Below, in pieces: positions 21,667 to 30,752 of a DNA stretch of 32,000 bases. The stretch comes from Opitutales bacterium (GTDB lineage: Bacteria > Verrucomicrobiota > Verrucomicrobiia > Opitutales > PNEW01): the NCBI GenBank assembly GCA_965219535.1, contig CBDCNV010000002.1, positions 1,500,001 through 1,532,000 of the forward strand, in the 5' to 3' direction. The notes below the pieces were generated by a model. It saw nothing but the letters and a program-made list of their open reading frames with translations. It was not told where the DNA came from and searched no databases. Positions within the stretch are counted from its first letter, which is position 1, and every line of letters begins with the position of its first letter. Position numbers and translations under genes: made by a program.

Positions 21667-24600
21667 TCACCGCACTCCAGCTTCAAAACGGATGCGGGGG
21701 TCGAGCCAGAGGAGGAGGAGGTCGCTGACGAGGGTCCCGAGGACGCCGACGAGGCTTAGGACCATAAGCATGGATCCGGCGAGGTACATATCTTCCGTCA
21801 TGAGGGCTTCGAGCATCAAAGGACCGACTGTAGGGAGACTCAAGACCATGGCGACGATGGCACCGCCGGAAACGAGTTGTGGAAACAGCGTGCCGATCCC
21901 CGAGATAAAGGGATTGAGCGCGATGCGCACGGGATACTTCATAAGCAATTTTATCGGCCGAACCCCTTTAGCGAGCGCGGTTACAACATAGGGTTTTTTC
22001 AATTCATCGAGCAGGTTACCACGCATAACACGGATCATGCCGGCGGTGCCGGTGACCCCGAGGACGACGACGGGAAGCCAGATATGTTGCATGAGGTCGA
22101 CGACCTTGCTCGATGTCCATTCGGGTTGGCTCGCGTACTCGGGTGAAAACAACCCGGTCATGCTGATCCCGAAATAAATATTGCTCCAGTACATGAGTAG
22201 GAGAGCGAGAAGAAAGCTGGGGACGCACATCCCGATAAATCCGAGGAGGGAAAAAAAGTAATCACCGATCGAATACTGCCGCACGGCAGAGTAAATACCG
22301 ATGGGTAAAGCGACAGCCCAGGTAAAGAGGACAGAACCAAGCGAAATTAAAAAGGTGAGGAGGATGCGGTCGCCTACAACGTCATTGACCGGTGTTCTGC
22401 TCAGCATGGAAAAACCCAGGTGGCCCTGGAGCAGGCCCTGGTCCTTGGACTCGAAGGAGAGAAACCAGGGGAGTCCAAGCCAATGAGCGTACTGGGTGAG
22501 GACCGGTTCATCGAGGGGAAATATCTCGCGCAATTGTTCTGCTTCAATTTTTGCCTGATTATCGTTCGATAACTCAGCCTGTAAAATTTTCAAATCGATA
22601 TAATTAGAGGGAGGCAATTGAATAATAGAAAAAGAAATAATCGAAATAATAAGTAGGGTGGGTACCATGATAAGGAAACGTCTTCCCACATAAGGATGTT
22701 TTATGCCTGCGAGAATCACCCCAACCACTAAAATTCCCAGGATAAGATGACGGATGAACCGGCCGAGAGTGACTTCATCAAGGACACTGGGTAGAGGGGT
22801 GATATTCACCACTTCGCTTTTTATTTGAGCGATAGCACCCGGGGAATCATTGGGTTCTTCAAAATAATAGGATTCAAGTCCACCACTGGCAGGACTCTTA
22901 TAGGTAGATCCGTAGAGATGGTTACGCGGTACGTTTTTAAAACCATTCTTTACAATCGCTATTCTGGGAGCAGGTGAAGCAATGTTAATACTCCAGAGAT
23001 TTTCCGCCGCGATATCCTGATTTTCTCGATAAATGTCTCGCTGTTCTTCGACGGTGAGTGCGCTGTATGCGGCGTCGAGCAGTTCCATCGATCGTCGCAG
23101 GGGATGGCCAACTGGCGGTTCAATACCACCGTTTTTAATTGCTTCGGGGTTGCCGTATAGTCCCCCCTGTTGATACCATGATGAAAATCCAGAAGCGGAG
23201 ACATTACCGGGCGCATAGCGGTTAGCTGATACAAGGGGATTAAACGAACCTTCTAAACCGGAGATGAGAAAATCATTAACCCGAGCGGCGTTTTCAACGA
23301 TGTAAAGATTATAAGACCGAAATCTTTGAATCGTGTTCAGGCCGACTTTTTTCCAATCTTCAACGACAAAAGGAGAGGGACCTTCACTATAATTTGGGAT
23401 TATATCCATATACCACACCATGCGGCTACCATCTTTAAAGGTGCGAAACCCCTCGGAGTCGCGGCCAGTAAGCCCAAGCTCATCGAGCAGCTGATTAGCG
23501 CGATCGGGGTCGTGCTCGATGTAACTGTACCTGTGTTTATCATGGTAAAAAAGTGATTCTTTACCTGGTGACGCCTGTGCTGGTTCACCCACTCCATGGT
23601 AGACTGCATCGATAATATGCTGTCGATTGATGGCGAGAGAAAGCGCTTTCCGAAATCGCACATCATTAAGCAGCTCCCACTTTTTTTCAGAAGTTGGATC
23701 ATGGGGATCGATATGCTTATTTATATTTGGTAAGACGAACCATTCGGCAGTGCCGGATTCATACCAATGATATACTTCATAACCCCCGGCCTCGCGTTGT
23801 GACATAAAATAGGTATAATAGAGAAAGTAGATATTAAACGATTGCATTGTAATGGCACCATTCGCAGCAGCGATCGGTACCAACTGTGCAGTCTTTACAT
23901 CGATCATATATCGGTCGACATAGGGGAGTTGATTGCCCTCGGTATCGACGGCCCAATAATAGGGATTGCGGACAAAAGTCCGGGGCGGGTTGGGTTTATA
24001 GGTGTGATATACCCAGGGCCAGATACGGGGATGTTCCGGGTTGGTGGTGAGTATCAGGGTATTGTAAAGCGCTTTTCTCGTGGGTATTTTTTCTGCTTTC
24101 ATCCTCGCCTCGATAAGCGCATCGTTACCAATGTGGGGATGATATTTCTCCAGGTAGTGACGGGGTGAATAAAACACGAGTTCAATTGCCAGGCGTTCAA
24201 GCAATAGTCCATGAGGGTGAGGAAAAATAAGCTTCACGGTGTAAGGATCAATTTTCTGAATTTCTCCCCATTCTCCCTTCACCTTCATCGCCGTAGGGAA
24301 TTTAACTAATTTCTGTTTTATTTCATAGTTCCACCAATAGAGAATATCGTCGGCGGTAAATGGATGGCCGTCGGACCACTTCATTCCCTTGCGCAGGTAA
24401 AAAGTCCATTCTTTTTTGTCGGGGGAAGCCTCCCACCTTTTAGCGATGTGAGGGACAATGGGATTGCCCAGTGGCGACCAGCGTACGATATTCGATCCAT
24501 TCATCCAATGATCAATGTTATCAAGGGTTTGCGGACTATTCGTTACCAGGTGCCAGGTGCCGCCGTAATTACCGAGACCGTCTCTTCCTTGAATGACGAC

Positions 24601-24921
24601 CGGTTCGGGACCGACGCGCTCGGTGACGGGTGGCAGTTTGCCTTCTTCTACCAGTTCGGCGAGAATGGGCGATTCGCCTTTAGGATACCACTTTCCAGAC
24701 TCGCCCTCGCTGTAGTCGACATCGTGCTGTACTTTATATAGATCTTCTTCACTGAAACTGTTGTCTCTTAATTCTTCAGTCGCTTCGATAAGCTCCGGGC
24801 TATAGACAATAGGTTCAAGTTCCAGTTCCGGTTTCATCACTGCTCCCCAGAAATAGATGATAGCGAATAAGCAGCCGCTGGTTGATAAGAGAAGCGCGAA
24901 GTATTTATAAGCACGTTTCAC
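21667..24921 (-). CDS. fusion protein: N-terminal membrane anchor, family-5 (Dpp/Opp-type) solute-binding domain, linker TM, and DppB/OppB-type ABC permease
   Basis: 1084-aa ORF with a GTG start aligned to the paralogue's ATG. The anchor is YFALLLSTSGCLFAIIYFWGAV. SBP5 landmarks are GNYGGTWH and IAKRWEASPDKKEWTFYLRKGMKWSDGHPFTADD. The linker helix is LILGILVVGVILAGI. Permease landmarks are RRFLIMVPTLLIISIISFSIIQL, KKPYVVTALAKGVRPIKLLMKYPVRIALNP and the terminal WLDPRIR. Confidence 0.8.
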   Translation of the reverse strand: MKRAYKYFALLLSTSGCLFAIIYFWGAVMKPELELEPIVYSPELIEATEELRDNSFSEEDLYKVQHDVDYSEGESGKWYPKGESPILAELVEEGKLPPVTERVGPEPVVIQGRDGLGNYGGTWHLVTNSPQTLDNIDHWMNGSNIVRWSPLGNPIVPHIAKRWEASPDKKEWTFYLRKGMKWSDGHPFTADDILYWWNYEIKQKLVKFPTAMKVKGEWGEIQKIDPYTVKLIFPHPHGLLLERLAIELVFYSPRHYLEKYHPHIGNDALIEARMKAEKIPTRKALYNTLILTTNPEHPRIWPWVYHTYKPNPPRTFVRNPYYWAVDTEGNQLPYVDRYMIDVKTAQLVPIAAANGAITMQSFNIYFLYYTYFMSQREAGGYEVYHWYESGTAEWFVLPNINKHIDPHDPTSEKKWELLNDVRFRKALSLAINRQHIIDAVYHGVGEPAQASPGKESLFYHDKHRYSYIEHDPDRANQLLDELGLTGRDSEGFRTFKDGSRMVWYMDIIPNYSEGPSPFVVEDWKKVGLNTIQRFRSYNLYIVENAARVNDFLISGLEGSFNPLVSANRYAPGNVSASGFSSWYQQGGLYGNPEAIKNGGIEPPVGHPLRRSMELLDAAYSALTVEEQRDIYRENQDIAAENLWSINIASPAPRIAIVKNGFKNVPRNHLYGSTYKSPASGGLESYYFEEPNDSPGAIAQIKSEVVNITPLPSVLDEVTLGRFIRHLILGILVVGVILAGIKHPYVGRRFLIMVPTLLIISIISFSIIQLPPSNYIDLKILQAELSNDNQAKIEAEQLREIFPLDEPVLTQYAHWLGLPWFLSFESKDQGLLQGHLGFSMLSRTPVNDVVGDRILLTFLISLGSVLFTWAVALPIGIYSAVRQYSIGDYFFSLLGFIGMCVPSFLLALLLMYWSNIYFGISMTGLFSPEYASQPEWTSSKVVDLMQHIWLPVVVLGVTGTAGMIRVMRGNLLDELKKPYVVTALAKGVRPIKLLMKYPVRIALNPFISGIGTLFPQLVSGGAIVAMVLSLPTVGPLMLEALMTEDMYLAGSMLMVLSLVGVLGTLVSDLLLLWLDPRIRFEAGVR

Positions 24922-24928
24922 TGTGCTT
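24909..24928 (-). promoter_or_regulatory. hairpin enclosing the GTG start codon
   Basis: AAGCAC (24909-24914) pairs with GTGCTT (24923-24928). The 8-nt loop contains the start codon (24921-24919). Confidence 0.35.
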
Positions 24929-24929
24929 A

Positions 24930-25144
24930 GTCAAAAGGTCAAAAGGTCAAAAAGTCAAAAAGTCAAAAGGGGAAGAGCGCTGACGCGCATGTTAAGTGTA
25001 AGGTAGGGAGGTGGAGCGGGCTGCCTGATAGCCATAGCTTAGCATTACAAAGCGCGCTTCTCTATTTCTAACTGATACAAACGCGGTAGGGACACCGCGT
25101 TCCACCTAATATGCGTACGCGTATTTACTTTTTGACCTTTTGAC
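24930..25144. repeat. spacer bounded by pure inverted octamer arrays
   Basis: Five forward units lie at 24930-24969. Also present: a GAGCGCTGACGCGC hairpin with TTAAGTG words; GGTGGAGCGGGCTGCCTGATAGCCATAGCTT (25009-25039); a reversed GGTGGAACGCGGTGTCCCTACCGCGTT module (25080-25106). The reverse arm TTTTTGAC CTTTTGAC is at 25129-25144. Confidence 0.95.
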
Positions 25145-25161
25145 GGAGGGGAATGTTCGCT

Positions 25162-28100
25162 TTAGCGAACTCCTCCCTCCATCCTAATTCTTGGGTCGAG
25201 CCACAGAAGGAGGAGATCGCTGACGAGGGTGCCGAGGACACCGATGAGGCTCAATACCATGAGCATCGATCCGGCGAGAGATAAATCTTCGGTCATGAGG
25301 GCTTCGAGCATCATGGGGCCGACAGTGGGAAGGCTTAAGACCATGGCCACGATCGCCCCGCCGGAAACCAATTGTGGGAAGAGGGCTCCGATACCTGAGA
25401 TAAAGGGATTCAGGGCGATGCGCACGGGATATTTAAAAAGCAATTTGATCGGTCGAACCCCTTTTGCCATCGCGGTCACAACATAGGGTTTTTTTAATTC
25501 ATCGAGCAGGTTGCCGCGCATCACCCGAATCATGCCCGCGGTGCCGGTAACACCGAGAACGATGACGGGGACCCAGATGTGCTTCATGAGGTCGGCAACC
25601 TTGGCCCAGTTCCATTCCGGCTGACCGGCAAATTCGGGAGAAAATAATCCCGCTATGCTAATGCCGAAATAAATATTGCCCCAGTACATCATCAAGAGGG
25701 CGAGAAGAAAACTGGGAATGCACATTCCGATAAAACCGAGAAGGGTGAATAAGTAATCGCCGATTGAATACTGGCGCACGGCTGAGTAGATACCGATAGG
25801 CAGGGCGACGGCCCAGGTAAAGAGGACAGAACCGAGGGAAATAAAAAAGGTGAGGAGGATGCGGTCACCAACAACTTCATTTACCGATGTTCGGCTCTGC
25901 ATGGAAAATCCCAGGTGACCCTGGAGCAGGCCCTGGTCTTCGGATTTGAAAGAGAGAAACCAGGGTAGGCCAAGCCAATCTGCGTATTGGACAAGGAACG
26001 GTTCACCGAGGGGAAATATCTCGCGCAATTGTTCAGCTTCTATTTTCGCATTATTATCATCTTTCAACTCAGCCTCTAGAATCTTTAAATCAATATAATT
26101 TGAGGGCGGCAGTTGAATGATGGTAAAAGTAATGAGTGAGATGATGAGCAAGGTTGGTGCCATGATGATTAATCGCCGGCCAATATACGGATGCTTGAAT
26201 CCCATGAGAATAGCTCCCACCCCAACGATTCCCAATAAGAGATGGCGGATGATACGGGTCAGAGAATTACCTTTTCCTCCTTCATAGTTAACTGTATCGA
26301 GGGCGTTGGGCGCGGGAGTAATTTCCATTACTTCACGCTTTATTTGCGCGATTATGCCCGGAGAATCGTGAGGGTGATCATAATAAAAAGTTTCATGTCC
26401 ACAATTGGAAGGGCTCTTATAAGTAAAAGCATAAAGCGATAATCGCGGCACGTTTTTAAGATCCTTCTTAACAATGACCAACTTAGGTGGTGCAGAGGCT
26501 ATATTAATACCCCAGAGATTATCTGCTGCGATATCCTGATTTTCTCTCCAGATATCTATCTGTTCATTGAGCGTCAATGCAGCGGAGGCGGCAGCGTGTA
26601 ATTCCATCGATCGCCGCAGCGGATGATCAATCGGCGGCTCAATAGCTCCGTGTTTAAAAGCATCGGGATTTCCATATAAGCCTCCCGATTGATACCACAG
26701 AGTATATCCGGGGGCAGAACCAGTACCGGGAACATAGTTCCATGGACCCGCAAGGGGATGAAAATTCCCTCCGAGTGCACCGATGGAAAAATCATTAGTA
26801 CGAGAAGCACCCGCTACAGCGTGCACGGCGTAGGACTGCATTCTTTCGATCGTGTTAAGGCCAACTTTTTTCCAATCCTCAACGACAAAAGGCGAGGGAC
26901 CCAGGATATTCGGGATTATATCCAAATACCATACCATGCGGGTCCCGTCGTCAAAAGTGCGGAACCCTTCTGAATCACGACCAGTGAGACCCAGTTCATC
27001 GAGCAGCTCGTTGGCGCGATCGGGATCGTATTCGATGTAGCTGTTCCTTAATTTTTCATGATAAAAGGGTGATTCCTTACCCGGTGTCCCCTGTGCGGGT
27101 TCACCGATTCCACTGAATACCGCATCGATAATCTGTTGTCGATCAATGGCGAGAGAAAGTGCGATGCGGAAGCGCAGGTCATTGAGCAGTTTCCCTTTCT
27201 TTTCTGTTCTCGGATCGTCGGGATCAATGTGTTTGTTCAGATTGGGACGGATAGTCCAATCGCTGGCACCGGAATTATACCAATGATAAACTTCATAGTC
27301 CCCAGCTTCGCGTTGGGACATGAAATAGGTATAGTATTGAATATAGATATTATACGGCTGCATGGTAATGGCCCCGTTCGCGACAGCGATAGGAACCAAA
27401 TTATGAGATTTAGCTTCGACCGTATAGCGGTCGACATAGGGCAGTTGATTGCCCTCGGTATCGACGGCCCAATAATAGGGATTGCGGATATACGCCTGGG
27501 GAGGATTGGGTTTGTAGGTACGATAAATCCAGGGCCAGATACGCGGGTGGTCAGGGTTGTTAAGAATTTTCAAGGAAACATAAAGCGCTTTTCTTGTCGG
27601 TATCTTTTCTGCTCTCATTCTCGCCGCGATAAGCGCATCGTCGCCGAGCACGGGGTGATATTTTTCCAGGTAATGACGGGGCGCATACACATCGAGATCA
27701 GCGGTGAGGCGTTCGAGGAAGAGACCATGCGAGTGCGGGAATATAAATTTCACAGTGTAAGGATCAACTCTTATGATTTCACCCCGTTCTCCCTTTATCG
27801 TCATCGAGTGAGGAGCCGCCAGTAATTCCTGTTTTACCTCATACTCCCACCAGTAGAGAATATCATCGGCGGTGAAAGGATAGCCGTCGGACCACTTCAT
27901 TCCCCTGCGCAGGTAAAAGGTCCATTCTTTTTTATCGGGAGATGAATCCCAAGCTTTAGCGACATGAGGGACCATGGGATAACCCAGTGGTGACCAGCGC
28001 ACGAGAGTCGCCCCTGCCATCCAATGATGAGAAGAAGTAAATATCGCCGGACTGTTCGATACCATATTCCAGGTGCCCCCGTATTTACCCAAACCGTCTA

Positions 28101-28437
28101 CACCCTTAATGACGACCGGTTCGGGACCCACGCGATCGGCGACCGGTGGCAGTTTACCTTCCTCTACGAGTTCAGCGAGAATGGGTGACTCGCCCTTTGG
28201 ATACCAGTGGCCGGATTCGCCTTCACTGTAGTCTACATCATACTGTACTTTATAAAGGTCATCGTTGCTGAAACTGGTGTCTCTCAATTCTTCCGTCGCT
28301 TTGATAATCTCCGGACTATAAGTGAGGGGTTCACTTTCCAGTTCCGGTTTCAATACCGCACTCCAGAAATAGGAAACACCGAAGATGCAACAAGCGGTAA
28401 GGAGGAGGAGCCAGAAGTTTTTGAAAGCTAGTTTCAT
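25162..28437 (-). CDS. paralogous SBP5 plus DppB/OppB-type permease fusion protein
   Basis: 1091-aa ORF, collinear with 21667-24921 over its whole length. By eye the two are highly similar, most strongly in the permease half. The anchor, SBP, linker TM and permease layout is the same. Confidence 0.8.
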   Translation of the reverse strand: MKLAFKNFWLLLLTACCIFGVSYFWSAVLKPELESEPLTYSPEIIKATEELRDTSFSNDDLYKVQYDVDYSEGESGHWYPKGESPILAELVEEGKLPPVADRVGPEPVVIKGVDGLGKYGGTWNMVSNSPAIFTSSHHWMAGATLVRWSPLGYPMVPHVAKAWDSSPDKKEWTFYLRRGMKWSDGYPFTADDILYWWEYEVKQELLAAPHSMTIKGERGEIIRVDPYTVKFIFPHSHGLFLERLTADLDVYAPRHYLEKYHPVLGDDALIAARMRAEKIPTRKALYVSLKILNNPDHPRIWPWIYRTYKPNPPQAYIRNPYYWAVDTEGNQLPYVDRYTVEAKSHNLVPIAVANGAITMQPYNIYIQYYTYFMSQREAGDYEVYHWYNSGASDWTIRPNLNKHIDPDDPRTEKKGKLLNDLRFRIALSLAIDRQQIIDAVFSGIGEPAQGTPGKESPFYHEKLRNSYIEYDPDRANELLDELGLTGRDSEGFRTFDDGTRMVWYLDIIPNILGPSPFVVEDWKKVGLNTIERMQSYAVHAVAGASRTNDFSIGALGGNFHPLAGPWNYVPGTGSAPGYTLWYQSGGLYGNPDAFKHGAIEPPIDHPLRRSMELHAAASAALTLNEQIDIWRENQDIAADNLWGINIASAPPKLVIVKKDLKNVPRLSLYAFTYKSPSNCGHETFYYDHPHDSPGIIAQIKREVMEITPAPNALDTVNYEGGKGNSLTRIIRHLLLGIVGVGAILMGFKHPYIGRRLIIMAPTLLIISLITFTIIQLPPSNYIDLKILEAELKDDNNAKIEAEQLREIFPLGEPFLVQYADWLGLPWFLSFKSEDQGLLQGHLGFSMQSRTSVNEVVGDRILLTFFISLGSVLFTWAVALPIGIYSAVRQYSIGDYLFTLLGFIGMCIPSFLLALLMMYWGNIYFGISIAGLFSPEFAGQPEWNWAKVADLMKHIWVPVIVLGVTGTAGMIRVMRGNLLDELKKPYVVTAMAKGVRPIKLLFKYPVRIALNPFISGIGALFPQLVSGGAIVAMVLSLPTVGPMMLEALMTEDLSLAGSMLMVLSLIGVLGTLVSDLLLLWLDPRIRMEGGVR

Positions 28438-28446
28438 TGAAACTAG
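28428..28446 (-). promoter_or_regulatory. perfect 19-bp palindrome containing the ATG start codon
   Basis: CTAGTTTCA T TGAAACTAG, with the start codon at 28437-28435. The 5' leader can therefore pair with codons 1-4. Confidence 0.45.
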
Positions 28447-28511
28447 TCAAAAACAAAGACCAGTGAACAGTAAACAGTAAACAGTAAACAGTAAACAGTG
28501 AACAGTGAACA
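28446..28511. repeat. single GTCAAAAAC unit followed by a GTRAACA heptamer array (7 units)
   Basis: GTGAACA, then GTAAACA x4, then GTGAACA x2, at 28463-28511. Confidence 0.95.
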
Positions 28512-28548
28512 GTATAAGATAGTGTATCGAAGATTTACGATTTCAGAC

Positions 28549-29460
28549 TCACCACTTACGCGCTTTTCCATCGGTCAATTCATTGACAATTTTTGCGAGG
28601 TGATTGTTGAAGGTTTCAGGGTCTTCCATCATGATGAAATGGCCGACGTCATCCATGTAAACTACCTTAAACGCTGAGTTATAATGTTGCATTGTTTCAA
28701 CATTCAGGGGATGCATCGTGGAACTGATACAGAGAAGAGGAACTTGAATAACAGGCAGGGACTCGACGCATTCGGATGTGTACCATTTAAAAATTGCCTG
28801 TTGAGCACCAATACCAACTTCATGGGGCGCTGAAGATAAGTCGGCGACAATTTTATCGATTAATCGTGCATCCGAATTTGGGGTAAACATGAAGTTGCGA
28901 ACTTTATACGCGGTGGCATCAGCAAAATTATCGGGCGTAGTAGCATTGATAGCTTCGATTTGTGCGGGAGAGTAATTATGTCCTACTGAAGAAAAAGAAT
29001 CTACTCCCACCAACCCTAATATGCGTGAAGGTATGATCCGCGCGGCTTCAACGATCACGGGACCACCCATTGAATGTCCAACAAGGATAACGTCGTTGAG
29101 GTCAAGTTTTTCGACGATGGCGACAACGTCTCGACCAAACGCGGTCATTGTCCAGTTTTCGCGATCGAGCCCCGATTCTCCATGTCCGGCAAGATCGACA
29201 GTCACTACCGTGTACTGTTGAGAAAAGTGGGTTACTTGTGCATCCCAGTAAGTACGGTTGCAGCACCAGCCATGAACGAAGACAAGGACCGGATTGCCAT
29301 TACCATGAACTTGATAGGCTAGTGGCACACCGTCGAATGATGGGATCACATCCACTGTATTCTTATTTATATCAAGCGTTGAGTGGTTCTCTTCGTGTTT
29401 ATCACAAGAGCAGAACAAAAGAACAGGCATTATGACAATGGCTATACAAGGAATTCTCAT
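28549..29460 (-). CDS. alpha/beta-fold hydrolase, probably exported or lipid-anchored
   Basis: 303-aa ORF. The N-terminus MRIPCIAIVIMPVLLFCSCDK is signal- or lipobox-like. The oxyanion motif is VFVHGW, and the nucleophile elbow is GHSMGG. Confidence 0.75.
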   Translation of the reverse strand: MRIPCIAIVIMPVLLFCSCDKHEENHSTLDINKNTVDVIPSFDGVPLAYQVHGNGNPVLVFVHGWCCNRTYWDAQVTHFSQQYTVVTVDLAGHGESGLDRENWTMTAFGRDVVAIVEKLDLNDVILVGHSMGGPVIVEAARIIPSRILGLVGVDSFSSVGHNYSPAQIEAINATTPDNFADATAYKVRNFMFTPNSDARLIDKIVADLSSAPHEVGIGAQQAIFKWYTSECVESLPVIQVPLLCISSTMHPLNVETMQHYNSAFKVVYMDDVGHFIMMEDPETFNNHLAKIVNELTDGKARKW

Positions 29461-29486
29461 CCTGTTTACGGTTTAAAAGAGATAGC

Positions 29487-29630
29487 CACAAAAAGCACAT
29501 AAAGCACAAGATAGAAATAAAATGAGGTGGAGCGGGCTGTCCCTAGCACGCTTTTACTTATTGATATAATCAAACGCGCTAGGGACCAACCTTCGCCAAG
29601 GCTATGGCTGGCAGGCAGCGCGTTCCACCC
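29487..29630. repeat. spacer without GTC-A-run arms: CACAWAAAG nonamers plus a long imperfect inverted pair of GGTGGA modules
   Basis: CACAAAAAG CACATAAAG CACAAG lies at 29487-29510. GGTGGAGCGGGCTGTCCCTAGCACGC (29526-29551) faces the reversed composite module at 29574-29630 (...GCGCTAGGGAC...GGCTATGGCTGGCAGGCAGCGCGTTCCACCC). Confidence 0.85.
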
Positions 29631-29755
29631 TTTATTAAATAATAATACATTTATTTTTAATTCTGTATGAGTCCGGCTTTCCGGCTTGGAAGATGTCGTT
29701 CCGCGACTGCGGAACTCGGAACTGATTGTCTGGCTTTCTGGAGCGCATCCACGCG

Positions 29756-30583
29756 TTAGCGCGGTTCCGCTTTCAGAGTCAGTTCTTCTTTGTTATCGAG
29801 CCCTGCAACGACGACGAAAGTCTGCTCTTTTGGTCGTCCCTCTTTGGGAACGTAACGGACATTTGGAGAGAAGTAAGCATAGAGCGCAGTATTTCTTGAA
29901 TGGGGGGAAGTGTTAGGATTCGACCCGTGCATGATAAGGCTATGAAAGAATAAGATATTCCCCGCTGACAAGGGTACCTCTATTTGATCGGATAAATCTA
30001 CGCCATCGACAAGCGCTCTTACTTCCAGACCGCTGACAAGTCGCCCCCCAGCCGGGGTGCTCTCTTTCATTTTCAGCCCCCATTTATGACTTCCGGGAAC
30101 AACTTTAAAACAACTGTTAGCGGTGTTCGCGTCGTCAAGTGCGATGCTCACGGTAACCAGTCTAGGTGGCTCCATCGGCCAATAGGCAGAATCCTGGTGG
30201 AATTCGTGACCTGATCCATGAAATGCGGGTTTAAGCATCAAGGTGCTTCTAAAAAGAAGCAGATCGGGTCCGATCAAATTCTGCACGACTTCAATCAGTC
30301 GCGGGTGCTTAGAAAGTCTGTTGAAAACGGAAGAATGCACACGAGTGTTTTCAATTTTTCTCAACAAGGGCGTTCCGTCATCACGATTTATATTTTCGGC
30401 GTTCGGTTCGCGCTGAAAGTTAATCGATCTTGGATCGGCTTTCGCTTCAAATTCCGCGGCGAGGGTATGCAATCGTTGAATTTCTTCTTGGCACTCAATA
30501 ATCTCCTCCGGGCTGATCAGGTTTTCCATGATGAGATATCCCTGGTCCTCGAAAAATGAAAGCTGTTCGGCCTGATTCATCAT
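29756..30583 (-). CDS. PhyH-family Fe(II)/2OG dioxygenase (classical phytanoyl-CoA-dioxygenase-like motifs)
   Basis: 275-aa ORF with FHQDSAYW (HxD), NSCFKVVPGSHKWG and LIMHGSNPNTSPHSRN. Confidence 0.85.
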   Translation of the reverse strand: MMNQAEQLSFFEDQGYLIMENLISPEEIIECQEEIQRLHTLAAEFEAKADPRSINFQREPNAENINRDDGTPLLRKIENTRVHSSVFNRLSKHPRLIEVVQNLIGPDLLLFRSTLMLKPAFHGSGHEFHQDSAYWPMEPPRLVTVSIALDDANTANSCFKVVPGSHKWGLKMKESTPAGGRLVSGLEVRALVDGVDLSDQIEVPLSAGNILFFHSLIMHGSNPNTSPHSRNTALYAYFSPNVRYVPKEGRPKEQTFVVVAGLDNKEELTLKAEPR

Positions 30584-30595
30584 ATGATCGCATAA

Positions 30596-30728
30596 GTCAA
30601 AAGGTCAAAAGGTCAAAAAGTCAAAAAGGAAAATGCGTTTATGAGTGAAAGCGTAGATGCGGATATGCGATTAAATAAAATTACATTGATTTAAACTTTT
30701 TGACATTTTGACCTTTTGATATTTTGAC
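30596..30728. repeat. divergent-gene spacer bounded by pure inverted octamer arrays; duplicated at 31625-31741
   Basis: The forward arm GTCAAAAG GTCAAAAG GTCAAAAA GTCAAAAAG is at 30596-30628. The reverse arm CTTTTTGAC ATTTTGAC CTTTTGAT ATTTTGAC is at 30696-30728. The central 68 nt (GGAAAATGCGTTTATGAGTG...GATTTAAAC) are nearly identical to 31657-31725. Confidence 0.95.
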
Positions 30729-30752
30729 TTAAACCCGCGAAAGCTGATTTTT

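Noticed and set aside
27136-27825. Long antisense ORFs inside large genes (for example 27136-27825, 11620-12084, 14950-15540, 13984-14562, 24364-24741, 623-952)
   Set aside because: They lie opposite well-supported CDSs with clear family motifs and have low-complexity or odd composition. They are typical shadow ORFs.
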